Below, piece after piece: positions 1 through 11,465 of a stretch of 64,000 nucleotides of DNA; position 1 is the first letter of the stretch, and each line of letters opens with the position of its first letter. The notes beneath the pieces are model-generated. The model had not been told where the DNA came from and did not search any database. It saw only the letters and a list, made by a program, of their open reading frames with translations. Source of the stretch: Blasia pusilla (Eukaryota); assembly GCA_050084515.1 (NCBI GenBank), contig CM114271.1, forward strand, positions 4,340,001-4,404,000, written 5' to 3'. Both the position numbers and the translations under genes were made by a program.

Positions 1-564
1 AGGTTAATGCCACAAGCAAGCTAATGCACTCATTTGCATCACTATTGTGTTCTGCAAGGTATATCATGGGGCATAAATTTCTTCAAATGTCGTAGATGTT
101 CCCGTGCTTGGTGTTATGTTCAGACCCCACGAAGCAAGAGACACTTGCACAAAGGCTGTGATGTTAATGGCAGGTGGAATTTTGGTGAGTGGCAACTTGT
201 GTATTTCCGTCATCATACAATTCCAGAGGGCCAGTGTGTGCCTACTTGCGAGTGAACCTACCATGGGACTAGCCCCTCATGCTACTTTCTAAGAAACTCC
301 ACTTGGGCAATACATGCAAGTAAGGCCACTAGATTTTGGGATTTAGGATTGAGTATTTAAAAGAAAATGTTTGCCCCGTGGTGGCTTTAAATGGGATGTC
401 TTAGATTCAGGAGATGACATGACAGTGTATATGAATTTATACTGAGTGAGATTGAATGCAAAGTAGCATTTAATAGTAGAATTGCTTTGGATGTGATCTG
501 TGGAGTTGTATTCTCTGTTGTGGTTTGTATAACAGGTTCATGTGTGTATCCCCATAGTTTCCAA

Positions 565-1324
565 TGTTGACTTGGAAACTATAGGGGGAATAAATGCGAG
601 GGGGGGGCGTCGCGCCCGTTCGCCCATCGGCGACCTAATTTCCGGCCTCCTCTTGCTCTTTCCCGACACACCGGCTTGCGTATCCTCCACGCCACACCAC
701 ACGCTACACTCGGTTGTTGTCTCACGTCACCCCGTACCAAAGAAATCTGCGAAAAATGGAAAGCGCTTCCACGCACGGTCTCTTAAACACAAAAATGACC
801 AATACAACGCCAACCAACATCTCCACGGGCTCCCCATCGAGGCAACTTGCTTGCCTACCGGCAAAAAACAAATTCCCACCAGCCCTCACATCTTTCTCAT
901 GTAAAAATAAAAAGTAGTAAAAACGGCACACCCGGCATATCAAGCCTCGTCCACCCTGTGCTATCAAGGAATCTGGATGCTAGCACCCTAGTCCTATCTC
1001 ACACACATACAAGAGAGGTGCTCCAACGGCCCAACATGAGAAAGATGGCTTAGGAATGCCATCCTCCTCCCTTATATAGGGTTGGGAAGAGCCAAAAGGC
1101 TCTTCCCCTAAAATAGCCATCTCCTTGGTAACGTGCACGCATAGGTTACCAGGGGTGGATGACCTGATCAACAAGTCACCCAATTGTGGAAGATCTCAAA
1201 AGGAAAGTTTTCAGAAATAACGTTCATGACATAATGGACCTATCCTCAACCTCATCCGATAGTCCGTTGGCTCCTATGCCCTATCCACGGTAGATCTTGG
1301 CCTATCGGCTACTCATATGTGACA
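565..1324 (-). mobile_element. LTR-derived repeat (inverted copy of 6092-6945)
   Basis: The reverse complement aligns by eye with 6092-~6945 (e.g. GGGAAGAGCCAAAAGGCTCTTCCCC, TATA CCCTATATAAG, poly-C). It ends TGTGACA at 1324. No TSD seen. Confidence 0.75.
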
Positions 1325-1542
1325 CATACGAGGATAATGTCAATAGTTTTCTATTGGTGTGCACATATTTAAAGGAGTCTCGAACCATACAAAGTGAAAG
1401 AAGAAAGAAGAAACTTCAATAAAAAAAAAACACACAAATGGAAAACCCATCGAGTGTACGAAAGAGGGCGACTCAAAGACTTGAGTGTGTGAAGTCCACA
1501 ACCGGTTGGTAAAGTTATACCTTCTTAGAAAAATCCCTCACA

Positions 1543-1802
1543 TCTATTCATCCTTGGGTTAGTTAACCCGAGGTCCAGATCCCGCAGCCACAGGTTCTAT
1601 TTTGAATAACAGAATAAGAATTTTATTAATACCATATTTTTCACGCAGTGACTACAGTGGAGTGGATGGTGTGCTTACTACAGATGTGTAGGTCTCAGGT
1701 TCGAATCCCCTCATATGTGGCATGTTTTGCATGAGCCCCTCTTGAATCATAACCCACGTCTAACCCTTATGCCTCTAACCCAAGGACCCGAGGATGAATA
1801 GG
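1543..1802. mobile_element. MITE-like element with internal tRNA-like A/B boxes
   Basis: TIR CTATTCATCCTTGGGT (1544-1559) vs ACCCGAGGATGAATAG (1786-1801), 15/16 complementary. Flanked by CACA (1539-1542) and CACA (1803-1806). B-box GGTTCGAATCC at 1698-1708. Confidence 0.65.
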
Positions 1803-2415
1803 CACAAGGGAAAACTCCAAGCATCATATGCACAAGAGGATGGAGCTTCTATGCAAACAAATATGTTGCCCATGCAATTTTAGAAAATATTTTTAAAAAT
1901 TTATTTTGTAATGTTGTTCTCTAGTAATTTTGGTAGAAATTATGTGTTTTCAAGACCATATTTTAAATGCATGGAGGAGTGGGAGAAAAAGAAAAGTTCC
2001 ATCCTAAAGTAAACCAAGTTATGACAAAGGAAACCTTAGAAAAACCAAATTTAGTAGAGGGAGTTAATTTTGAAATTAACTACTCTATGGGTAATTTTAA
2101 AAATGGGAATGAAAATATTTTATTCAAGAAAAAAGGGGAAAATATGGAGAGGACAACTGCAAAGACATAAGAGGAAAATATGGCACACATAGGAAAAAAT
2201 GAAATGGAGTGTAAGTGATCCAAGGAAAAAGCACAAAATTTGGAAATATATCCCAATTTCAATCTATACAATCAAGCAATAATTCTTAACTATATTTTAT
2301 AACAAGCATTAAGCAAGTTGTGTAGGTTTTGATGAGTTTGCTCCCATGGAAAGAAAGTTGTGTCATAATTTCGTAAAGTTAGGATGTAAATGAGAAATTT
2401 ATTGCGTAAATCATT

Positions 2416-3019
2416 TGTCGTGCCCAAACACATCGCTACACAACATACATCGTTGTCATCGAGAACACACACAAATACGCACGATTCCATGCTAACTCAT
2501 GGCAGCCAAACAACGAGACAAGAAGTACCAAAATATCTCCAATAAAATAAGATCCAATCTCTCTCACAACACCATAGTTCTCACATGTGTGCACTAATGA
2601 GAGTGTTGGATTACACACACAAGGCAAACAAGACCATAGCTTCGCCGCCTCATACCAAGAGGTTCAACAAAGAGAGAATGAGCTCTCAAGCTTTCTCTTC
2701 TTGAGGTATATCCCTCCCCTCTCCCAAATTCTCTCAATGGTAACCTATGGTCACAAGTCACCTCCTTGGCTTTTAATCTGATATAGGAGGACAAGGGTCA
2801 CTTACCAAAAATAGAAATTTGATCATATACTCAAAATGGTATTTATCTAAAATAGTAAGTTCCTCAATATGGTTCCAAATGAGCCAAAACGAAGGTTAAA
2901 CCTTCTCTCTCAGGTTTTCTGAGGCCTTAATAGGTCATCATCGATCTACTGAGTCTATCCTCAACTACTCACAAAGGCGCTCTACTAGATCTCACTGATC
3001 TATCCTAAAATATGTGATA
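2416..3019 (-). mobile_element. Solo LTR, diverged member of the 6092-7476 LTR family
   Basis: Starts TGTCGTGCCC (cf. reverse complement of 7476, TGTCGTGCGC) and ends TATGTGATA (CA>TA decay of TGTGACA). Flanked by CATT (2412-2415) and CATT (3020-3023). Confidence 0.65.
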
Positions 3020-3799
3020 CATTTCAAATTAAGGTGTTATATTTATTAAAACCCCAAAAGTAAAGTTTTGAACAAAAAAATGGAAAATACAAAATTACAA
3101 GGAATGAAAGAAAGACAAGAAAATTTAACCATGGGTAAAAGTTGAGGCAATGAATTCCTTGGAAGTATAAGGCTCTATGGAATTTAACCTTTATTGGTTA
3201 GAAGCACGCAAAGAGATCTCAAGGTTGCACGGAACGAACAAGTCCGTCCATGCGAAGGACATGTCCGGACATGGAAAAACGGTTACGAGCCTAGGGGTTT
3301 TTTGGCGCCCGGGTCGACTGTGCGGGGCTCACCTTCGAGAACGTGTGTGGGCTCAAATGAAGTGTGCATGCTAAAGGCGGGCCACAGGGGCGACGCAGGA
3401 TGAGAACGGGCCTGACGCGGGCGGCCTCGGGGCCGGCACGGCGGGCTTGAGAGGCTAGGGGCAAGCGTGGTGGTTCTAGTGGTTCTAGTGGGGACTTAAA
3501 TGGGATTTTTGTAGGGGGAGGGTGCTTGAGGGGTTGGAGTAGGGTTGTTGTAGTAGAGAGTAGGTTAGTTAGAAATGAAAGTAATTGAAGAAATGGAGAT
3601 AGTATTGATGGAGAGAGGAAGAAGTGGAGGAGACGACGCCATTACAAATAGGTTTGCAACAGACAAGAAATAAGATTTATGTCGTGTCAAATGTTTATGG
3701 GGTTGCGGACATGCCACCACGTGATAGTCTTAAGGAATGCAGAGGAGTTGTTGGGCCCATTCGAGGGAGTGGTAGTTCTAGAAACAAGAAAGCGGATCT

Positions 3800-4780
3800 G
3801 AGGGATTCTTTCAACATCCAAGAAATAGAAGTTGCAAATGACATGTGGGTGAAGTGTTTCCACGAATGTGGAATGCCATTCAATATAGTACGGTAAGATG
3901 ATTTCAAACAAGAATTGTCAACAACAATAAAGATGAAGGGTTACTGAGGTCCTAGTTACAATTCGTTGCTCACCACCCTACTTGAGAAACATATGAGGAA
4001 TGTGAAGGAAAAGGTGGATGGCATATTGGATAATTTTGTTTGGGGGTCATGATCATCACGGATTCTTGGACCAATATGAGGAGCGAGTCTTTACATGAAC
4101 ATCATGATCTCGTGTCCACAAGGTGAGGTCATGATTGAGTCGGTAGACACCAAGGGAGAATCCTAAACGGCGGAATGCTTGGCACGTCACATAGAGAGGA
4201 CTATCATGCGCTTTGGTCCAGAGAATGTGTTGCAACTTGAGACAAAAATGCTAGCAATGAGCGAGCAACATGAAAACTTATGAAGCAAAGTTTCCTCATA
4301 TTCTTTGGGATGGATGCGTATCACATTCTCTTGATCTAGTATGCAAAGAATGGGGTAAATGGCCTTGGGTGGACAAGATTTTGGCACAAGCTCGTGAGAT
4401 GATAGTATTTTTACTACTAGAACTTAGGTGATGGCCAAATTCATGGAAACCAATCTTGTGAAGAGACAATTGTTGCTTCCTACAAACACATGCTTTGCCA
4501 CAAACTTTATCATGTTGGGACGTGTCTTAGAATTAAGGGAGGCGTTCCATGCTATGGTTAACACCAATGCTTTTAGGGAGTATTTCAATGGGAGGGATGC
4601 GAGGCAAGGGAGAAGGCAAGAGAGATTGAGACTATGGTGGCCAATCATAATTTTTGGATAGAAGGTGAAGAGTTGTTTGTTGCGGCTCAACCAAGTGCTA
4701 TTCTGTCGAGAGAGTGTGATGATCATAAAGTAATGACAGGGGTTATTTATCACCGCATATTTGAGATAATGGAAGAGACT
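3800..4780 (+). pseudogene. Degenerate hAT-superfamily (DUF659-type) transposase fragment
   Basis: Interrupted reading: CFHECGMPFNIV..GPSYNSL..IITDSWTN..VDTKGE..FGPENVLQ..LPTNTCFATNFIML..FW, with multiple stops and frameshifts. Confidence 0.8.
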
Positions 4781-4789
4781 CGTTCTTTT

Positions 4790-5330
4790 CCTATAACTCT
4801 ATGGCCCGGTGTGGATTTAAGGCGTCATAGTTTTTTTTTATATCCTTGGGAAGAGCCAAAAAGCTCTTCCCCCAAAAATAGCCCTACGAACGATAACCTA
4901 CGTGCACAAGTTACTGGATGACTGTTGACCTGGTCAATGGGTCAACTGATAGATTAAAACCCGAATAGGGAAATAGCCATAAACAACGCTCCCGAAACAA
5001 GAGACTTTTTGCCAGTCTCATCCGACATCTCGGGACAAAGTTACACCCAAACAGCCCGCTAACTCTCTATACCATCAACGCGATAGAACTCTACGTACGT
5101 CAAACTAAGATATGACAGTTGTCATGCGCATACACATCGCTACACAACCCACATTGTTGGTCACATCTACACACCACACAACACCGATCTTCCCCAACAT
5201 ACGGGTAGATCCTCACATAAATGAAACATACTCACGCATATACACTGGGATCCCACAACCACCCCCCTAATTGGATCCTCTCTAACTCCAGATAGCACAC
5301 ACATATATACTCGACAAGATCTCCTATCCT
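4790..5330 (-). mobile_element. Two abutting LTR ends (same LTR family) joined at 5117/5120
   Basis: 4790-5117 resembles 1080-1324 and ends TATGACA. 5120-~5270 begins TGTCATGCGCATACACATCG and is the inverted counterpart of 7340-7476. Confidence 0.7.
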
Positions 5331-5779
5331 ATACACATCTAGCACCATCGGTGCCGTCATCCCCGCAATATTGTAACATTGCAACTATCCATCATTTTAA
5401 TCCCTTCGAAGAAATCTAACACTCTCGTAACCTGATCCAAACGCTGCCACACAACACATGTGGTACCCAAACATATGAAGTGTCTAGTCCAAGAGCATGA
5501 TTGTCACCTGACTCTGTGTGCTCCAAGACACAAGCACGGCTCCACGCTTGCCTCACGAGCTCGTCTACACTCCTCGCTCGAACCCAACTACGGAAGAGAC
5601 ACCCACCTTGGCATGTCTCTCCGTGGGACTATCCGCTACGGGAATGTCCTCTGCGTGTTTGCTCCTCTCCAACAACTCCTTGATCAGCTAACACCACCTA
5701 TGAATGCTGCCAATGTGGTCACCTGTATCCTCACGTGGTTGACCACCACTAGCCCCTGCAAAGTGCACCAGTAGATGGC

Positions 5780-8700
5780 TAATCCGTCTATCTCCTCATC
5801 GCCACCCTGGCCGATAAAAAACCGTCTCCTCCCAAAAATCCAAGATAAAACCTAGAGGGTACAATACCGTACTCCCTACCAACACATCACACAACTCTTC
5901 CGGTGTCGTAATCGCCCGAGTGCGCACCGTCGCAGTATCTGTCTCATGCTTTGGCTGGAGCCTAACCACCAAATGTCGTCAAGTCATGTACTGCGTGGGT
6001 GATACACCCCCAACAAAGGTCTATATCTGAAAGGGACAATGCTCAATGTCGCCTTTGTGTAAATCCAACGCCAAACATGTCGCCTTCCCTATGTCACATC
6101 TGTGTAGCCGATAGGCCGAGATCTATCATGGATAAGACATAGGAGCCAATGGACTATCTTGAGTGTAACTTTGTCCCACGGTGTTGGATGAGGTTGAGGA
6201 TAGATCCATTGTATCAGGAACATTGTTTCTGACAACTTTCTTGTTAAGGTCTTTCACAGCCAGGTGACTTGTTGACCAGGTCATCCACCTCTGGTAATCT
6301 GTGCGTGTAGGTTATCGAGGGGATAGCTATTTTTAGGGGAAGAGCGTTTTGGCTCTTCCCAACCCTATATAAGAGAGGAAGATGGCTTTCCTAGGCCATC
6401 TTGCTCATGTTGGGCCGTTGCAGCACCTATCTTGTATGTGTGTGAGATAGGACTAGGGTGCTAGTGTCCGGATTCCTTGATACCGCAGGGTGGACGAGGC
6501 TCGATATGCCGATGTAGATTGAGGAGTGGAGTTTTAGGTCGGGTGTGCCGTTTACTACTACTCTTTATTTTTACATGAGAAAGACATCAGGGGGCTAGTG
6601 GGAATTGGTTGTTTGCAGGTAGGCAAGCGAGTTGTCTCGGTCGGGAGCCCCTGGAGACGCTGGTTGGCGTTGTGTTGGTCATTTTGTGTTCATAAGGCCG
6701 TGCGTAGAAGTGCTATCCATTTTTCGCAGATTTCTTTGGTGCGGGGTTACAGGGGATAGCAGCCGGGTGTAGCGCACGGTGTGGCGTCAAGTGTACGCAA
6801 GCGGGTGGGTTGGGAGAGAGCAAGAGGCAAAGGCGGTTGGGGCGCGGAGGCAGGCTAGGTTAGGTCACAAAGGCGGCGTCGCGGAGGGTCTTTTAGGTTG
6901 CGGAGACGGCTGGGTAGGGCCCGGAAGCCCCCCCCCCCCCTCCCAAGATGTCGGATGAGGTTGAGGATAGGTCCATTGTGTCAAGAACGTCGTTTCTGAA
7001 AACTTTCCTGTTGAGGTCTTTCACAGTCGGGTGACTTATTGACCAGGTCATCCGCCCCTAGTAACTTGTGCGCACAGGTTACCAAGGGGATAGCTATTTT
7101 TAGGGGAAGAGCGTTTTGGCTCTTCCCAACCCTATCTAAGAGAGGAAGATGGTTTTTCTAAGCCATCTTTCTCTTGTTGGGCCGTTGGAGCACCTCTCTT
7201 GTATGTGTGTGAGATAGGACTAGGGTGCTAGCGTCTAGATTCCTTGATAGCATAGGGTGGACGAGGCTCAATTTGCCAATGTAGATTGATGAGTGAAGTT
7301 TTAGGCCAGGTGTGCCGTTTTTACTACTCTTTGTTTTTGTTGTATGATCTCCATATATATGTACGAGTTGATTTCTGTACATGTGTGGATCTATCTGTGT
7401 GTGGGGAAGATCGTTGTTGTGTGGTGTAGATGTGACCAGCGATGTATGTTGTGTACCGATATGTATGCGCACGACACCTAACATCAAGGGCTGCGCTCAC
7501 GAATTATGTAGGATGCAATGCGGGTGGTACAGTATACTTGTGGGACTAACCAAATGAAACACTCTCGCTCGGTTATTCAACAACACCACACATGGTGTGA
7601 TCATGGCTCGCTCTATCATTGGCCTAGCTTGCATATCTACCAACTTCGCCGCCGCAGCATGCCATGACTCAATGGAGGACGTCTCGAGCACCTGCTGTGA
7701 GGGCAAGTCCACCACCTCATCGACTATCTCTGAACCAGAGGTAGTCACCTCTCCACGCTCACATAACGTGGCGGCCAGCCGAAACACCTCCGTTGGTCCA
7801 ACTCCCAATATTGCCAACCCTGGGGCGGAAAACAACGGAGGGTGGCACACCCTGGTGACTACATCCAACAATATGCTCGACACTGGCTCCACTCAAGCTG
7901 GCATAGGAGTTGTCTCTCCAACTCCTCGTGACGTCGGCACACTAGCCCCCCCTCTGGACACTATCGATCATCGAGGCACCATCGACGGTGTATGCAATGC
8001 CTCTGACATTGTGAACAACTAGGGAATCCTAGCCTGTCGCCCATTGGTCCCCTCATGTGGGTTGATCTCCACCCAACCTCTTAGTGGCTCTGTCATTCTC
8101 GTAGCACCCCGAGTCACCACCGTTGCAGCCTCATTATGAGCCGCACTGGACATAAACAAAAGCCCGGTATAGTCGTCCCTCGTATATTGATACGACTACG
8201 ACGTGGAGGCTGGAGCCACACTAGTTACTCGCGGTTCCGTACCTATCACTGGATGCATCATCGTCATGGCAACAATCCTCTGATCCAACTGATCGATGCG
8301 AGTGAGGAGCGCTGCATCGGGTGCATGTCCTCCATCTCCCCTGACTGGTGGTGGAACTCTACCACCACGATCATCAACTCCTCGATCCCCACCAACTCTC
8401 TCGCCCCAGGCCCTCTTCCTACCTCTAGACGTACTACTCGGCCAAGATCAAAACACCTATCTCTAGTGTGACCATATCTATGACAATGATCACACTGCAA
8501 CCGTGGTGGGGCCATCCTAGGTGGCACATGAACACGTGGAGGGACCCTAGGCCCTCTACCATGTTGTGGGCAGTCCCTCTACCTGTGTGGCCCACCATAT
8601 GTCCAACAAGCCAACCCTGGTCCTTGTTGGGTAACATAGGTCGGTACGGGCCGTTGCCTCATCAGCCCATGATACCCGCCTTGCTCCCTCGGCCCACCAA

Positions 8701-9700
8701 CCTGTTCCCATATTACTGGTGCATGTTGTGGCACCTCTGGGGCTACTCCTACTTGTGGACCCATCAAATCCCGCAAAAATCTGGTGGTCACCACCTGCTC
8801 CTCACTCATGTTGAGCTCTACCCGCTCAGACAACTCGAAGATCACCTTCAATGTGGGCTTCGCGGTGTGAAGCAACATTGTATCGCGGACTCTCCTCCGT
8901 AGCTCATGGTCCATCATCCCGTACCAATATTTCACTGACTACGCCTCAGTCACCCCATATGTGGCAATGATCAGCCCTTGCATGTGCGTGAACGTCTCCC
9001 TCACACTCTCACCCGATCTCCGTTGAAAATCCTGTAGACTCTTCAGCTTGTCGGTCCGCACGCCCTAGTAGCTCCTCCCCAACTATCGAAAGAATTCCAC
9101 TGTAGGACTGAAACTTGGTGGTCCTCTACCACGAGAGGTCTCTGCCATCTCACCACTATAACTGCCATCCTCTCCATCTAGTCCCCGGGCTGATGGTGTA
9201 GGTCACTCCGCTCTCACTATCCCATCATACGCCTCGCGGTTACTTGTGGACACATACCATGGAGCCCAGTACACCCTCCAAGCATCGATCTATACGAAGT
9301 ATAAAGATTGGAACTCCATATAGTCATCCATTGGAGGACCCTCCAAATGCTAGAACAAACCCTTCCACGCCATGAAAGGGTTGAATCGTGTAGGGGCTTG
9401 GATCTCTTGGAAGTCGCACCATGTGTCGAACTCCTAGATGAAGTCATCTAGATCTATGGTGCCTACCGCACTCAAGAAACGACGCATGCCCCGGTGGCCC
9501 ATGTCGTTCATCTCTCCCCACATGACATTGTCCCCGTCCACAATCTCGCCACGTGATGCGCTGTCTAGTGAGGACGATCCAACCACGGATGGGAGTCGGG
9601 GTGGTTCCTCACTCGAAACCCCTCGATACCTCACACCACTCCATGCCACTCCACTACCACTGCTCGTACGACCTCGTTCTTCCAAAACTTGGAAGAACGC
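5780..9700 (-). mobile_element. Degenerate Ty3/gypsy internal region (gag with CCHC zinc knuckle; probable protease remnant), interrupted by the 6092-7476 insertion
   Basis: Minus strand reads KLKSLQDFQRRSGESVRETF (gag-like), KYWYGMMDHELRRRVRD and CDHCHRYGHTRDRC (CX2CX4HX4C). Near 5800-5900 a frameshifted DVLVGSTV..P.GFILDFWEETVFYRPGW segment resembles the gypsy protease C-terminus. Many stops. Confidence 0.75.
6092..7476 (+). mobile_element. LTR-derived insertion with internal partial duplication and 4-bp TSD
   Basis: Termini TGTCACA...CACGACA, flanked by CCTA (6088-6091) and CCTA (7477-7480). 6185-6570 is repeated at ~6950-7335. TATA-like CCCTATATAAG near 6363. Confidence 0.8.
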
Positions 9701-10649
9701 CGTCGTGACAAACCCTGTCTCACCTGCTTAATTACGCGCACTTAGACTCACTGAGAGTCTCCCACACTCCTCACTAGCTCACCTACGCTACTGGTAATCC
9801 CGTGACGACACACCTGGCCTCACGCACACTCAACACTCCGGTTCACCATGAGCCTCCCACTACCTCACCTAAACTACTGACACTCTCGGGTCATACACGC
9901 GACCCGTACTTGGCAACCGCCATATATCCACCAACATGCTACACATGAAAGGAGTCTACACTCGTCACCATCATTGCACCCATCTAGCATCAGCTACTAC
10001 CCAATACCCATCACTCTCAATCACACATGATAAGTGCCCGAAAAGAGACTCGAATGGGTAACCTGAACATCCCCGCCATCAATTTACTGCACCGTCAACA
10101 GTGACTCCTCCACGTGGTACGGCAACCTCCGCAACACGACACTCTCGTCTAATTCACGTCGAGCCTCCCGTCAGCAGATGCGGACTTCCCGTTGGCATCA
10201 ACATACTACCAATCTGTCGCAGACTATCAATGTGGATCACTCGTCCCGCCCCCAGTGAACAAAGTACTAGCCACGCTCGTCGTGAATCCCACCACGCTAG
10301 CTCACGAATACATCAAGTCTCTCAAAAAACTCTCCAACTACGTAACATGAATCAACCATGTATCTCAGCTACCATAGTTACCCGCTTCCTCCTACAGTCC
10401 ATGTCTAACTACATCCGTGGTGGTCTACCAACCATGTAGCTGCTCACCACATTCAACCCTTACCACGTCTGCCCCAACCCGTATGGTCTCACCACGTAGC
10501 CCGACCCTACCGTCCACGCCACTCTTAACCCCGTCGCTCCCTTCCTCTACTCCGTCTGAGGGCACGACGCCCTATTCGGCCGCATCCCCCCACCTCAGCT
10601 TCGCTGCTTTCGGCACGCCACCCCACGCCTCGTGGGCAGTATCTCCTTA

Positions 10650-10885
10650 TGCCCGGGTCAGTGCTCGGCAAGGATTTTTATGCATACCGGTAGCTTTCCG
10701 AGAGAACTCTCACGGTAGTCGGCAATTTCTCCGTTCAAACCGGTATTTTATAAATTTAACAAAGAAAACTCACATTTTCTCGTCGGGAAATTTCCAGAAC
10801 TTTCAGATTTGAACCGGAAATCGCCCGTTCTCAACCGGCTGCTTTAACGAAGAATGCCGGTTCTTGCCGAGCATTGGGCCGGGTA
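10650..10885. mobile_element. CCGG-rich MITE-like element
   Basis: Imperfect 25-bp TIR: TGCCCGGGTCAGTGCTCGGCAAGGA (10650-10674) vs reverse complement of 10861-10885 (20/25 identical). Repeated ACCGG motifs inside. Confidence 0.55.
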
Positions 10886-10959
10886 ACCCCACTTACACTC
10901 GTTTGATCCCCAAGTCTGGCTCCCTACAAGTTACAACTTCGGGTACAGCGGAAGACAAT

Positions 10960-11465
10960 GTGGAACTGGGCAGAGGAGACAGATCGGATGGGCCGACCCG
11001 AGAGCTCCTTGACGGGCAGCGGAGGAGGAGGAGGAGGACATTCTGGTGGAGCCGAAGGAAAGACGGAGCTGGACAGACAGATAGGACGTTGCCGACCCGG
11101 GAGCTTCTTGACGGGCAGCGGAGGTGGAGGATCTTCGGGTGGAGCGGAAGCGAATAAATAAAGAGCTGGGCTGCTGGAAGAGGCGAGACAGATCGGAAGG
11201 GCAGACCCGGGAGATTCTCGACGGGCAGCGGAGGTGGAGGATCTTCGGGTGGAGCGGAAGAGAATGTGGAGCAGCTGGACAGAGGAGACAGATCGGATGG
11301 GTCGACCCTGGAGCTTCTTGACGGGCAGCGGAGGTGGAGGATCTCCGGGTGAAGCGGAAGCGAATGTGGAGCTGGAGAGTGGAGGCAGATCGCATGGGCC
11401 GACCAGGGAGCTTCTTGACGGGCAGCGGTGGAGGAGGAGGAGGAGGAGGAGGAGGAGGAGCAGAT
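10960..11465. repeat. Five-copy ~100-bp GA-rich minisatellite with (GGA)n runs
   Basis: Core GACGGGCAGCGG at 11011, 11110, 11220, 11320 and 11417 (spacings 99, 110, 100, 97). Confidence 0.9.

Noticed and set aside
34..292. Short overlapping ORFs at the window start
   Set aside because: No recognisable motif or splice-supported structure.
1648..1715. Functional tRNA gene
   Set aside because: B-box present but no convincing acceptor or anticodon stems; it lies inside a TIR-bounded element.
10960..11465. Regularly spaced repeats suggesting a CRISPR-like array
   Set aside because: The inter-core sequences are homologous to each other (tandem minisatellite, no unique spacers); the context is eukaryotic with no cas genes.
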